Source: Promethearchaeota archaeon (lineage in GTDB: Archaea > Asgardarchaeota > Lokiarchaeia > Sigyniarchaeales > SOKP01). From it: DNA of 64,000 nucleotides. This document shows positions 29,905-39,944 of this stretch, piece by piece (the stretch's first letter is position 1; every line of letters starts with the position of its first letter). The notes beneath the pieces are model-generated. The model saw only the letters and a list, made by a program, of their open reading frames with translations, made no database searches and was not told where the DNA came from. Position numbers and translations under genes: made by a program. The DNA lies in the NCBI GenBank assembly GCA_030603385.1, contig JAUVXW010000007.1:32001-96000 (forward strand), given 5' to 3'.

Positions 29905-30507
29905 TTACACATCGGGAAATTCCAAGCCTTTAGATTTAGAAGCGCCCATCATTTGTCCCATTCCCCCCGATGCTTGAGTTTGAAGCTTAAGGATTCTTTG
30001 AACTAATGTATTTATTCCTAAAGAACATAAGAAATACCAAGCAGTAAAATTGATCCAAACCGGACCCGAACTTATGAAATTTCCTATAAGAGGTACATCA
30101 TTCGCATTCATAGGGCTTAGCGCTACATGAGCCCCTCGAAGAATAGTATTCACAACGCCGAAAATAATAATCATTGGAAGAAAAGTTACACAAGTTGGTT
30201 TTAATCGTTGGAGTGCCATTTTCTGTTGCGTTTGCTTTAACATTCCATCTTTCCGCTCCCATCTTTTCCGCTGTTTTCTATAACGTTCAGGATCAACTTC
30301 TGCCATTTCAATAATTTTTTCTTTCTCTTCTCCATGACCTTTAATTTGCCTTTGTTTGCGGGCAATCTCTTCTGTATCGACTAACCATTTTGTCAAACCT
30401 GCACTGATTAATGCCGTGGTTGTAGCTAGAATTAACACAAAAAGCATCGAGCCTGGCGGGTTAGAAATCCAATTTTTAAAGGCATTTTCAAAAATTAAAA
30501 ATATCAT
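29905..30507 (-). CDS. EMC3/TMCO1 (Oxa1 superfamily, DUF106) membrane insertase
   Basis: TM, coiled coil, LKPT..T.LP, WYFLCS. Confidence 0.9.
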   Translation of the reverse strand: MIFLIFENAFKNWISNPPGSMLFVLILATTTALISAGLTKWLVDTEEIARKQRQIKGHGEEKEKIIEMAEVDPERYRKQRKRWERKDGMLKQTQQKMALQRLKPTCVTFLPMIIIFGVVNTILRGAHVALSPMNANDVPLIGNFISSGPVWINFTAWYFLCSLGINTLVQRILKLQTQASGGMGQMMGASKSKGLEFPDV

Positions 30508-30817
30508 ATCTATAATTGAATTATACTGAAAACATTTTAAACTTTATAGATGGAATTTTTTTTGAATCTGAAGATATTAAATAGGTTTAATTATATAATG
30601 AGCAATAACTAGCTGAATACAAACTTAACTAGACTTACGATTCTACTGCAAAGTTAATTTGATTCACGTTAAGCATAGCACCGATAAAATTAATCGATAT
30701 ATTGCCGATTCGATAAGCGTATGAGTAGATAAATCTACGTTGTTTTTGGTTTAAAAATTATTGCTGGTTCTCATCTATTTACAGTATTTAAAAATAAAGA
30801 ATGAATAAATTAGTATT

Positions 30818-31627
30818 TTATTCTAAACCTACAACATTTAATGGAGCTCGAGGAGGAGTGCGAAAATATTTGACTGCAGGATAACCAATCGTCAATACTC
30901 CATGAATTTGACCTTCTAATCCAATAATTTTCATCATCTCTTTATTCATTCCTAGACCCTGAGCCATTCCTATCCAACAAGTTGCTAAACCAAGTGTATG
31001 TGCGGCAAGTTGGCCGTAAGTAAGCACTATTCCCGCATCAACTGGGGGCATCGAAGCATTTTTACTTGCAGTATGAAATATTAGTGCTGGAGCTTTATGA
31101 AAAATTGGATCTTTATCAGTTGAATTAAAATATTTCAGTGCTGCTTCTGCAGAGGGAAATCCTATATAAGGATATACTATTTTAATTGATTCTTGACTTA
31201 ATGTTTTAATTATTGAAGGATCTGATATAACTGAAAAATTCCATGCTCTACGATTATCTGCACTTGAAGCATAACGCATAGCTTCAAATACTTTTTTAAG
31301 TAACTCTTGGGGAACTTTTTTATTTTTATATTGGCGCACAGATCGTTTAGCTTTTAATAATTGCATTAATCTTTCATAAGATACATTTTGTTCATAATTT
31401 TCTACACCAGGATAAGATTCCACATCATCTTCCCAGTTTCCCTCCCACAATATAGCATTCTCTTTACAAATAGCAACACATTTTCCACAAAAATTACATC
31501 GCTTCATTTCATCAGCAAGACGAATTACTTTCCCAGAAGAATCTTCCTTAAAAAGATCTCTAGTGCAATCAGTTATGCATCTTTTACAAACAGAGCATTT
31601 TTCATAATTTATTCCAACTATAGACAT
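30818..31627 (-). CDS. Ferredoxin-nitroreductase fusion
   Basis: CSVCKRC..DC and CNFCGKC...C; KRSVRQY; GLATCWIG. Confidence 0.92.
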   Translation of the reverse strand: MSIVGINYEKCSVCKRCITDCTRDLFKEDSSGKVIRLADEMKRCNFCGKCVAICKENAILWEGNWEDDVESYPGVENYEQNVSYERLMQLLKAKRSVRQYKNKKVPQELLKKVFEAMRYASSADNRRAWNFSVISDPSIIKTLSQESIKIVYPYIGFPSAEAALKYFNSTDKDPIFHKAPALIFHTASKNASMPPVDAGIVLTYGQLAAHTLGLATCWIGMAQGLGMNKEMMKIIGLEGQIHGVLTIGYPAVKYFRTPPRAPLNVVGLE

Positions 31628-31908
31628 AAAAATTAAGACGGTTCTAAAGATTTAAACTTTTTCTTAAAGTTTTATAACATGTTTAGAACATAAGAGACAT
31701 TATTCTCTGTTACTACCTTCTTGATAAAATCGACTTTCGATCCCCATCTGATCAAGCATCTCTTTTTTTGGTTCAATACCCGTATCAACCCATTTTTTAA
31801 ATTCAGAAACAATTTTATCAAATTCTTCTTCAATTTTTTAAGTAGGTTAGTAAATGAAAAATCTGTGTTGTTTCGATATTCTTACAAATAATGTTGTAAA
31901 TTAACCAG

Positions 31909-33384
31909 TTAATCCATTCCGAGGAGCCCTCTCAGGCCAGGATACTGACTCGCAGCCATTTCCTTGGCGAGCGTCTCTCCGTACTGATGAATAATTCCAA
32001 TACTAATTAAAAGTCCAGTGCCAGAGGTCAATGCCCCCAAACTATCTGCAAAGAAACTTAAAACTGCTATCAGAATACCATTTATGATTATGAGAGTGGG
32101 TATATAACGTTTCAGTATTCTTTCTATAATTCTTTCAGAGCTTCTAAACCCTGGAACTTGCATTTGTGAGTCGATGATTTGTCCAGCGATATCGCGCGGC
32201 GCTAAGCCACTTACTTCTACCCAAACCCGCCCAAGCATTATACATAACCCAATAAAAATTATCAGATAAAAAACAGCTCTAAAAGGATCTGATACTAGTT
32301 GATCAATTCCTAGCGGTGGCGTAATTAGCCATATTAACCCACGTATTGGTATTAATTGTCCTCCCATGCCTGTTCCTGCTGATTGTGTATCAAATTCCCC
32401 AAGTATGTTAATCCAGAAATCGGGAATAAGTCCACCATTACTCGCACGCATGCCAGAATCAGGACCAGCTACTAATTGCCCGAAGAAGAGAACATTTGCG
32501 TATAGCGCATTAACCAATATCACGGGGATATTGGAGACATACAGCAGTTTCATGGGATATTTACCTTTGTAACCTCGATAGCCTCTATAAGTAAGAGGAA
32601 TCTCAACACGTGTTGATTCAAACCAAACGACTACAACGAGTATGACAACAGTAGTTACAATACCTAATAATGACGGAAGTTGTTGCCTTATAGCAATATC
32701 TCCTAAGTTAGTATTAGGATCACCATCAAATAACACTGAAAAAAATGCAATTATAATTCCTCTTGGTATACCATCTGGTCCTTCGATAAAACTGAAAGTG
32801 TTCCAGAAGATTTGACCAGCGACACCCGCAGCGATAAACAAGGACACTCCACTACCAAGACCCCATCCTTTTTGAAGTAATTCATCAAGCAGGAGTATAA
32901 CAATTCCCGAAAAAATTAATTGGAAAAAAATAAAAAATCCTCCTTGAATTCCAATATCCGATAAATTACCAAAAGCTCCTCCGAATAAGTAAGCAATAAT
33001 GTTAAAGATTGTTAGAAATACAGCAAGAACTTTTTGAGATCCACTAAATAATGCCCTATCATATGGATCAGCCATATCTACTTTGATAATTTTAGAACCT
33101 AAGAGTAATTGCATTATAAGTCCTGATGTTACAATAGGGCCTATACCTAGTTCTGTGAGTGTCCCTCTTTTACTTGCGAGAATTACCCGCAACCAATAGA
33201 AGTAATCTGTTGATTCCTTCATTTGGATCCCATATAGAGGGATATTTGACATGATTAAATAGATAATAAGTACGACAGCAGTCCAAATAAACTTTTCTTT
33301 AAAAGAAACCTCACGTTGGGGATTTTTGATTTCTGGCATGGCTCTTATAAACGGTGAAAAGAATTTTAGAAATTTGCCAGTCAT
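31909..33384 (-). CDS. secY: Protein translocase SecY/Sec61alpha
   Basis: GTLTELGIGPIVT, GWGLGSGVSLFIA, LLYVSNIPVIL, SGTGLLI. Confidence 0.98.
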   Translation of the reverse strand: MTGKFLKFFSPFIRAMPEIKNPQREVSFKEKFIWTAVVLIIYLIMSNIPLYGIQMKESTDYFYWLRVILASKRGTLTELGIGPIVTSGLIMQLLLGSKIIKVDMADPYDRALFSGSQKVLAVFLTIFNIIAYLFGGAFGNLSDIGIQGGFFIFFQLIFSGIVILLLDELLQKGWGLGSGVSLFIAAGVAGQIFWNTFSFIEGPDGIPRGIIIAFFSVLFDGDPNTNLGDIAIRQQLPSLLGIVTTVVILVVVVWFESTRVEIPLTYRGYRGYKGKYPMKLLYVSNIPVILVNALYANVLFFGQLVAGPDSGMRASNGGLIPDFWINILGEFDTQSAGTGMGGQLIPIRGLIWLITPPLGIDQLVSDPFRAVFYLIIFIGLCIMLGRVWVEVSGLAPRDIAGQIIDSQMQVPGFRSSERIIERILKRYIPTLIIINGILIAVLSFFADSLGALTSGTGLLISIGIIHQYGETLAKEMAASQYPGLRGLLGMD

Positions 33385-33646
33385 TTTTTATCAACAACGA
33401 GAGTTTTTTTAAGTAGCTTTTTTTCAGTAAATTATAATAAATTTTTCTGAGGTTTTTTTTCAGTTTCTTTATTTTAAAGTAATTTTTAAAAAAATGAATT
33501 TTAAAAAAAGTTTTTGATTTAAGAAGTTCCTTCAAATTAGATTGTTTAAAAAACAGTAAATAAATACAATTTCCTAAAAAATTTTTATAAAAAAATAAAT
33601 AAAAAAATGGTTACTTCATTTAAATCTAATTTCAAAGCTCATACTT

Positions 33647-33934
33647 TTAAAAAAGGCTTCCTATTCCTGTAGGCTCTTCTTCAACTTCTTCTTCTTCCTT
33701 CTTTGCTTCCTTCTTTGCTTTCTTCTTTTCACTAGCTGGAGCAGCCATTATAGGCATTGAGCTTGCAGATTTAATGATATCCTCTATTTTTGTTCCTTTC
33801 AAGCCAGCAATTAGTTTCGTAATTTCAGTTTTATCAGCTTTCGCGCCAGCAGCAGTTAATACTTTTTCTACATTTGTCTCTGTAATTTTTCCTCCGACTT
33901 TGTGAAGCAATAATGCAGCATAAATACTTTCCAT
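33647..33934 (-). CDS. rpl12: Ribosomal stalk protein P1/L12
   Basis: MESIYAALLLH...GIGSLF. Confidence 0.96.
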   Translation of the reverse strand: MESIYAALLLHKVGGKITETNVEKVLTAAGAKADKTEITKLIAGLKGTKIEDIIKSASSMPIMAAPASEKKKAKKEAKKEEEEVEEEPTGIGSLF

Positions 33935-34007
33935 ATTTTTAAACCTCCTATTTATTATTTTTTATTTTAAATTCATTATTTTAATTGTTTAATAATAATT
34001 ATAAATT

Positions 34008-34907
34008 TCAGCCAAACAAACCTCCAATACCAACTTCTTCAGCATCTTTTTTCTCTTCTTCCTCTTTAGCTTCTTTTTCTTCAACTTTAGTTTCAGGTTC
34101 AGTAGAAACTGGTATTCCCTCTCCAAATATTATCGCATCCAGCGTATTAGCTTCAGATGCAGCTTTCCGAATATATTCTTCAGTCATACTTTCTTCAATA
34201 AAGGGCATTTCAAAGAGAATCGCGAGTGCTTCTCTATACCCCGTAGCGACATCCTGTTTGAATTGGTCTAAATCCATATATAGGACATCTTCTGGTATAA
34301 TTTCTCCATCGCTCCAAGCAAAATAAATTTTAATCAATGACTCTATTGGTGTTATACCAAGTTTTTTCAATACAGCGGCTTGTTTTACATTTACTAAATC
34401 ACCTACTTTATGCGTTCTTGTATCTTCACGAATATGTATCGTGTCATTCATTATTCTTGTAGGGAGTCTTAAAGTCATGTTTAATTCACTAATAACTTGA
34501 CCTGTTGGCAATCCAGTATCTCCAGCAGGTACCCAAATATCTACAGGTGTGATTTCATTTGGTTTTGCAGGAACCATCCATTCATGGTCATGGAAAATCT
34601 CTTTTAATTCTATTAGATCAAGATTCGTAAAAATAAGACTTGATTGACCAGGAATTTGCTCTGCTAATTCATCTAAATTTGACTTTTTTGACTCTTTTTT
34701 GTATTGTTCTATTGCACGAAGTTGTAGAGATTTTTTAGACATACGAAATATCGCTTTCCCCCTTAAAATTTTACGCATTGATTGAATTTGCATATCATTT
34801 ATATGAGAAACTTCTATAACAGCAACATTACTGTAAGTTTTAAATAATTCAATTAAATTATTTACTTCTTCTAATTTCCACTGAGGTATATGTTGTTTTT
34901 TAATCAT
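34008..34907 (-). CDS. rpl10: Ribosomal protein uL10 (P0)
   Basis: IPQWK, PAGDTG, C-terminal GIGGLFG. Confidence 0.96.
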   Translation of the reverse strand: MIKKQHIPQWKLEEVNNLIELFKTYSNVAVIEVSHINDMQIQSMRKILRGKAIFRMSKKSLQLRAIEQYKKESKKSNLDELAEQIPGQSSLIFTNLDLIELKEIFHDHEWMVPAKPNEITPVDIWVPAGDTGLPTGQVISELNMTLRLPTRIMNDTIHIREDTRTHKVGDLVNVKQAAVLKKLGITPIESLIKIYFAWSDGEIIPEDVLYMDLDQFKQDVATGYREALAILFEMPFIEESMTEEYIRKAASEANTLDAIIFGEGIPVSTEPETKVEEKEAKEEEEKKDAEEVGIGGLFG

Positions 34908-34911
34908 TTTT

Positions 34912-35640
34912 TCACACCTCTATACTCTTTAAAAAATCTTCAGTTACATTAACTGGTTTTCCCATTGTAGATTTTAAATACATTGATTTAAAGTTATTGA
35001 ACTTATGTGGCATTTGATCTCCAATAAAATTTACTACTGTTTTCATATTTTCAAATAATTTATCAACTTCCATTGATTTCTTTCCTATTTTTATGAAAAT
35101 TATAGGCTGTTTTTTCATTTGCACACGAATTACCTTTTTATACCTATCAAAGGCAACCTTCAAATCATCCGGACTGGAAATTATTCCATAACCCGTAGGA
35201 AAAGGTTTTGGCATTTTACCTAAAGGCCCAAGAAATCTTGCGAGGTAACGAGCGACATCACGCATCATTTTATCTTCTACAACAAAAAACTCATACTTTT
35301 TTGCAAATTTCTTCTTATACTTCTTTTCTTCGTTATTTAATTTAATCAATCCATCTGAATCAAGAGTATCAACACCAATCTTTTTTGCTTCGAGTAATAT
35401 TTCGTCGGAAGCAATCACACATATATTAGGTTTATCTTTTACAATTACTTCATTTGAGAGGATAATTTCTTTATCAATTCTATTTTTTGGATCATTTAGA
35501 TTTACATCTTTTATATTAATGACAAGGTCAATTGACTCATCGAATTTTCTTATTTTATCTTTAAATCCGTCCTTTTTAATTACTGAAAAATCTATTGCTG
35601 CATTTAAAGATCTTCTTAACAATTTATCATCTACTTTCAA
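34912..35640 (-). CDS. rpl1: Ribosomal protein uL1
   Basis: RKFDESIDL, LGPLGKMP, KSTMGKP. Confidence 0.96.
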   Translation of the reverse strand: MKVDDKLLRRSLNAAIDFSVIKKDGFKDKIRKFDESIDLVINIKDVNLNDPKNRIDKEIILSNEVIVKDKPNICVIASDEILLEAKKIGVDTLDSDGLIKLNNEEKKYKKKFAKKYEFFVVEDKMMRDVARYLARFLGPLGKMPKPFPTGYGIISSPDDLKVAFDRYKKVIRVQMKKQPIIFIKIGKKSMEVDKLFENMKTVVNFIGDQMPHKFNNFKSMYLKSTMGKPVNVTEDFLKSIEV

Positions 35641-35642
35641 TT

Positions 35643-36177
35643 TTATAATTCACCACTGATTTTATCGTCATATTCTCCATTTTCTATTCTTTTTTGAATT
35701 TCTCTGGGATCTTCTCCCTCAACAGTTATTCCAATAGATAACGCAGTTCCTAGGACCGTTTTAACAGCGATCTTAAAATTTTTGTCTAGAAATTTATCTT
35801 TCTTTGCTTCAACAACGTTAATAATCTGCTCAAGTGTGAGATTGCCAATTTTGTCTTCCGAGCTTGCTGGACTTCCTTTTTCTACTCCCGCTTCCTTAAG
35901 TAATAATGAGGCTGTGGAAGGTGTTTCAATAAAAATTTCAAATTGTTTTGTTTCTGTATCACATTCAATTCTGACAGGTACTGTTAAGCCTTTAAATACC
36001 ATTGTTTTTTCATTGATTACGTCAACTACATCTTTGATATTAATACCCGTTGGGCCTACAGCAGGTCCAATAGGTGGCCCTCCTGACGCATTTGAGGTTC
36101 AATCGAAACGATAATTAAAAATAAACACTCCCACCTGTCACAAGGGCTTTAACAATTACTTTTCCTTTTGTACTCAC
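35643..36177 (-). CDS. rpl11: Ribosomal protein uL11, interrupted by a 37-nt insertion (exons 36177-36128 and 36090-35643)
   Basis: Removing 37 nt gives MSTKGKVIVKALVTGGS-ASGGPPIGPAVGPTGINI..., 165 aa. Confidence 0.9.
36091..36127 (-). other. Candidate BHB/BHL pre-mRNA intron
   Basis: Central helix UGGG/CUCA, 3-nt bulge AG^U, inner helix GUUUA/UGAAC, opposite cut AA^U; excision restores the frame. Confidence 0.75.
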
Positions 36178-36384
36178 ATAGTTTCACTTTTTTCCAATTA
36201 ATTTAGTTTAAGAAATATTCTAAAAGCAAAGAACGCGAAATTAAAAATAGGGTATTTAAATTCAATATCTATGTTATATCGAAACCGCATTAATTTGCGT
36301 CCTAAGTCAATTAAAAATATTATCTTAACTTAGTAAATATGAAAATGAACTAAAATTAAAAAGTTTTATTAAAATGAGAATGAT

Positions 36385-36573
36385 CTAAAATCTGCAACAA
36401 AGTCTTCGCCCATAATCAAAATTATGTTTTAAGTATTCTTCAGATAAGAAATTCATAATTGTGTCGTAATCTAATTTTACCTTTTCCACAATATCCTCAA
36501 TTTGAACTCCTGGAGTTGAGATCAATTTCAATATTTCCTTTTTTGTTTCTTCACTAACTTCTATTTCCATCAT
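36385..36573 (-). CDS. Small HTH-like hypothetical protein
   Basis: 62 aa; IEDIVEKVKLDYDTIMNFL. Confidence 0.55.
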   Translation of the reverse strand: MMEIEVSEETKKEILKLISTPGVQIEDIVEKVKLDYDTIMNFLSEEYLKHNFDYGRRLCCRF

Positions 36574-36601
36574 CTATTAAAATTTGTTATAGTTAAAAAA
36601 T

Positions 36602-37744
36602 TTAATTCACAAAGTTAATCATTTTTTCTACAATTTTATAATTTGGTATGATCAGATCAGCAGCACCAGTTTCAGCAGCAACTTTTGGCATTCCATATAA
36701 TACACTCGTTTCTTCAGATTCTGCTATAGTTTTACCTCCTTTAGATTTAATTGCATGAAGCCCATCAACACCATCTCTTCCCATGCCAGTCAACAAGATA
36801 CCAAGTGTTTTTTCTTTATAAACCCTTGCTGTTGAGTAAAAAAGTACATCTACAGATGGTCTACAAAAATTTACAGGTTCACCCTCAAATGTTCTCACGC
36901 AAGGTTTTTCATTTTTAACAGTAACTTGCATATGCTTATCACCTGGAGAAAAGTATATTATCCCAGGTTGAATCTCTTCATAATTTAATCCAATTTTTAC
37001 ATCCATTTTGCAGATATCCCTTAAAGATGTTACAAATTGTCGCATAAATAGATGATTTAAATGTTGAACAACTAAAATAGGTGCGGGAAAATCTTTGGGA
37101 ACTTCGTTAAAGATTGTTCTTAATGTTCTAGGACCGCCAACGCTGGCTCCTATGACAATAACTCTAGTATCTAATTTCTTAATGGTAACTGGTGAGAGGT
37201 CTAGGAAATATTCCTCTGATCTTGATTCGATTTTTGGCTTTATTATCTTATTCGAATCTTCTATTTTTGTTGCTTTTAATTTCTGGCTTTGTGGTATGAA
37301 AATGTCTTTGTTCATTTGTCTCGTTTTACTGTCGATTTTATGTATTTTCGGAATCTCAATCATTAACACTTTAGATATTATCTTATCTCTAATTTTCGGT
37401 AGTTCATTTTTCCAAACGCCATTGGGTTTAACAATATAATCATAAGATTTTAAAATAATAGGAATATTAGTAGAATCCAGCGTTTTCGGGTTTTTATCAG
37501 TCAAGATAATAGTCTCAATTGGAAAGCTTTTCATCACAGGATAAAATTGTTTAACCCACTCCTCATTCTCAAATTCAATATCCAAAATTAGAGCATCTAG
37601 ACTTTTTTTCTCAATTATATCAATTGCTTCATTAGCATTTCTTACAAAATCAACTACTATTATATCTTTATGAGACCCAAGCATTTCAGAAAGAAAAGAC
37701 CTTCGAAATGCTGATTCCGAAGCAATTAATACTTTCTTTACCAT
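36602..37744 (-). CDS. cheB: CheB-type protein-glutamate methylesterase with receiver domain
   Basis: GASVGGP, VQH, RPSVDVLF, LTGMGRDG, YGMP. Confidence 0.93.
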   Translation of the reverse strand: MVKKVLIASESAFRRSFLSEMLGSHKDIIVVDFVRNANEAIDIIEKKSLDALILDIEFENEEWVKQFYPVMKSFPIETIILTDKNPKTLDSTNIPIILKSYDYIVKPNGVWKNELPKIRDKIISKVLMIEIPKIHKIDSKTRQMNKDIFIPQSQKLKATKIEDSNKIIKPKIESRSEEYFLDLSPVTIKKLDTRVIVIGASVGGPRTLRTIFNEVPKDFPAPILVVQHLNHLFMRQFVTSLRDICKMDVKIGLNYEEIQPGIIYFSPGDKHMQVTVKNEKPCVRTFEGEPVNFCRPSVDVLFYSTARVYKEKTLGILLTGMGRDGVDGLHAIKSKGGKTIAESEETSVLYGMPKVAAETGAADLIIPNYKIVEKMINFVN

Positions 37745-37852
37745 TTTTGAAATCGTTTTTTCCTACTCTAAAGAAGATAATACAAATTTATATATATGTA
37801 GTTAAAAAAAAAACTATAACTATAAATAACAAATTAAACATAGGTATCAATT

Positions 37853-38524
37853 CTATTCTTCTAATATGACTTCATGTCTAATATTACCAATTTTTTCTAT
37901 AGATGCTTCAACAATATCGCCAGGTTGAATCGGACCTACGCCGCTTGGCGTACCTGTAGCGACAATGTCACCTCTTTCAAGAGTTAAAAAGCTTGAGATA
38001 TATTCCATTATTCTTGGAATTTTAAAAATCATATGTTTTGTGTTTGATGATTGCTTTACCTTCTCATTTATCTGTAATTCTATGTTTAGGTTGTGGGGAT
38101 CTTCGATTTCATTTAGAAGAACTATTTGAGGGCCAATAACTGAAAAAGTATCAAAATTTTTACTACGGTACCACGGTAAATTTTTGTTTCGGTCATAAAT
38201 TTGCATTTTTCTTGCAGTAATGTCTAGAAATATAGAATAGCCTTGAATATAATCAAAAGCATTTTCAGGTGAAATTTTTTTACATTTCTTTGATAGAATA
38301 AAAGCAAGTTCCACTTCATGGTCCACCCTGTTGAATTTATCATTTTCATATAGAATTCTGGGATAGATTATAGGTTTTCCATTAGTTATTAATGAGTTTA
38401 TAGTTTTTACAAAAAAAACAGGTTCAGTTGGTACGGGAGCATCAAATTCTTTAGCGTGTTCTAAATAATTTCTTCCTATGCATATTATTTTTGTTGGAGT
38501 TAAGTCTGTATCTCCTATTTTCAT
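37853..38524 (-). CDS. Fumarylacetoacetate hydrolase family protein
   Basis: GRNYLEH, DHEVEL, DITAR, KNFDT, TGTP. Confidence 0.93.
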   Translation of the reverse strand: MKIGDTDLTPTKIICIGRNYLEHAKEFDAPVPTEPVFFVKTINSLITNGKPIIYPRILYENDKFNRVDHEVELAFILSKKCKKISPENAFDYIQGYSIFLDITARKMQIYDRNKNLPWYRSKNFDTFSVIGPQIVLLNEIEDPHNLNIELQINEKVKQSSNTKHMIFKIPRIMEYISSFLTLERGDIVATGTPSGVGPIQPGDIVEASIEKIGNIRHEVILEE

Positions 38525-38530
38525 AATTTA

Positions 38531-39211
38531 TTATTCTTCTCCTTCTAAAATTACTTTATTTGTAAGAGTACCAATATTTTCTATAGTTGCTTCAATTAAA
38601 TCTCCAGGGTTAACAGGTCCTATTCCCCCAGGAGTGCCTGTAGCAATAATGTCTCCTGGTTCCATTGTAAATAATTTAGTAATATATTCGAAAGTCTCGG
38701 GAATCTTAAATAGTAAATATTTAGTATTCGATGACTGTTTTATCTCATTATTCACCTTTAATTCAATATCGAGGTTATGAGGATCTCTGATTTCATCTAT
38801 ATTTTTTATTATTGGCCCAATCGGTCCAAATGTATCAAACGATTTAGAGCGAAACCATGGTTTTTGTGCTATAATATCTTTGGTTTGCATTTTACGGGCG
38901 GTTACGTCATTAAAAACAGCGTATCCTAAGATATGATCATAAGCGTCTTCAGCAGATATGTTTTTGCATTTATCTTTAACGATAAACGCCAATTCTACTT
39001 CATAATCCATCCTATTATATCTTCTATTATTATACAAGTATTTTGGGTAAATAATTGGTTGATTGTTTGTTATTAAACAATTCAGTGTTTTTGGAAAGAG
39101 CAATGGCTCTTTTGGTATTTCTAATCCAGTTTCTTCTATATGATCCATGTAGTTAGTGCCTAAACAAATGATTTTAGTTGGCTTTAATGTAATATCTCCT
39201 ATCTTTATCAT
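38531..39211 (-). CDS. Fumarylacetoacetate hydrolase family protein (tandem paralog)
   Basis: NYMDH, DYEVEL, NDVTAR, KSFDT, TGTP. Confidence 0.93.
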   Translation of the reverse strand: MIKIGDITLKPTKIICLGTNYMDHIEETGLEIPKEPLLFPKTLNCLITNNQPIIYPKYLYNNRRYNRMDYEVELAFIVKDKCKNISAEDAYDHILGYAVFNDVTARKMQTKDIIAQKPWFRSKSFDTFGPIGPIIKNIDEIRDPHNLDIELKVNNEIKQSSNTKYLLFKIPETFEYITKLFTMEPGDIIATGTPGGIGPVNPGDLIEATIENIGTLTNKVILEGEE

Positions 39212-39279
39212 AAAAGTGTACTCTACCTAAAAATGTATGAATAACCGATAAATTAAATAAATTTATATTACTTATAGAT

Positions 39280-39870
39280 TTGATGGAAAACAATAAGCTC
39301 ATGGATTCTTTACACTCTAAAGAAAAGTTAGAAGTAATAAATCAAATTAAAGAAATCTATAATTTTATTAGAATAAAGAAATTTTGTAGGTTAATTCCAG
39401 AAGTAAGAACCAATATAGCAGGAGCTTTACATGATCCAAAAACAAAGTCTGATGTTGCGGGAATTGATGGAAGGATAACAATAATTAATGGTTTGCCGAA
39501 GGCTGCAGGCGATATCAAATTTGGGGCTGCTGAACATACTGCTAGATTGCTTCTTTCAGCAAAAGAATTCGAAAATTCTGTTAATTTCGTCATGAATTTG
39601 AGATATAGCCCTGAAACGATAAAAGATATTCAGAAAAAAACAGATTTAGAATTAGAAGAAATTCTGCGAGAAAAAGAACCCAGAAAAACAAGAAATAAAG
39701 AATTTTCTACAATGCAGTGGTTAATTAAAGAGAGTATAAATAAGAAAGGAAGGATTCCGGATCTAATATGGGATAAAGGATCAATTGGTAAAGAACCAAT
39801 GATCCGTTTATTTGCTAAGAATTCAGTTGATATGATTCAAAAACTTAAAAAAATCGTCAAGTTGCTTTAA
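39280..39870 (+). CDS. thiN: Thiamine-phosphate synthase ThiN domain protein
   Basis: LIPEVRTNI, DVAGIDGRI, FGAAEH.AR, GKEPMI. Confidence 0.85.
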   Translation: MMENNKLMDSLHSKEKLEVINQIKEIYNFIRIKKFCRLIPEVRTNIAGALHDPKTKSDVAGIDGRITIINGLPKAAGDIKFGAAEHTARLLLSAKEFENSVNFVMNLRYSPETIKDIQKKTDLELEEILREKEPRKTRNKEFSTMQWLIKESINKKGRIPDLIWDKGSIGKEPMIRLFAKNSVDMIQKLKKIVKLL

Positions 39871-39944
39871 AGTCATAACCTAAACCTTTTAAATTAATAT
39901 AACTTATTTAGTAGAAAAAACACAACACTGTAGTTTTTATTGAT

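Noticed and set aside
30510-30815. Possible ncRNA between DUF106 and the nitroreductase
   Set aside because: Only weak hairpins; no recognisable family.
35643-36002. uL11 as a 119-aa protein or simple pseudogene
   Set aside because: The conserved N-terminus is intact upstream, and the frame is restored exactly by removing a structured 37-nt insert.
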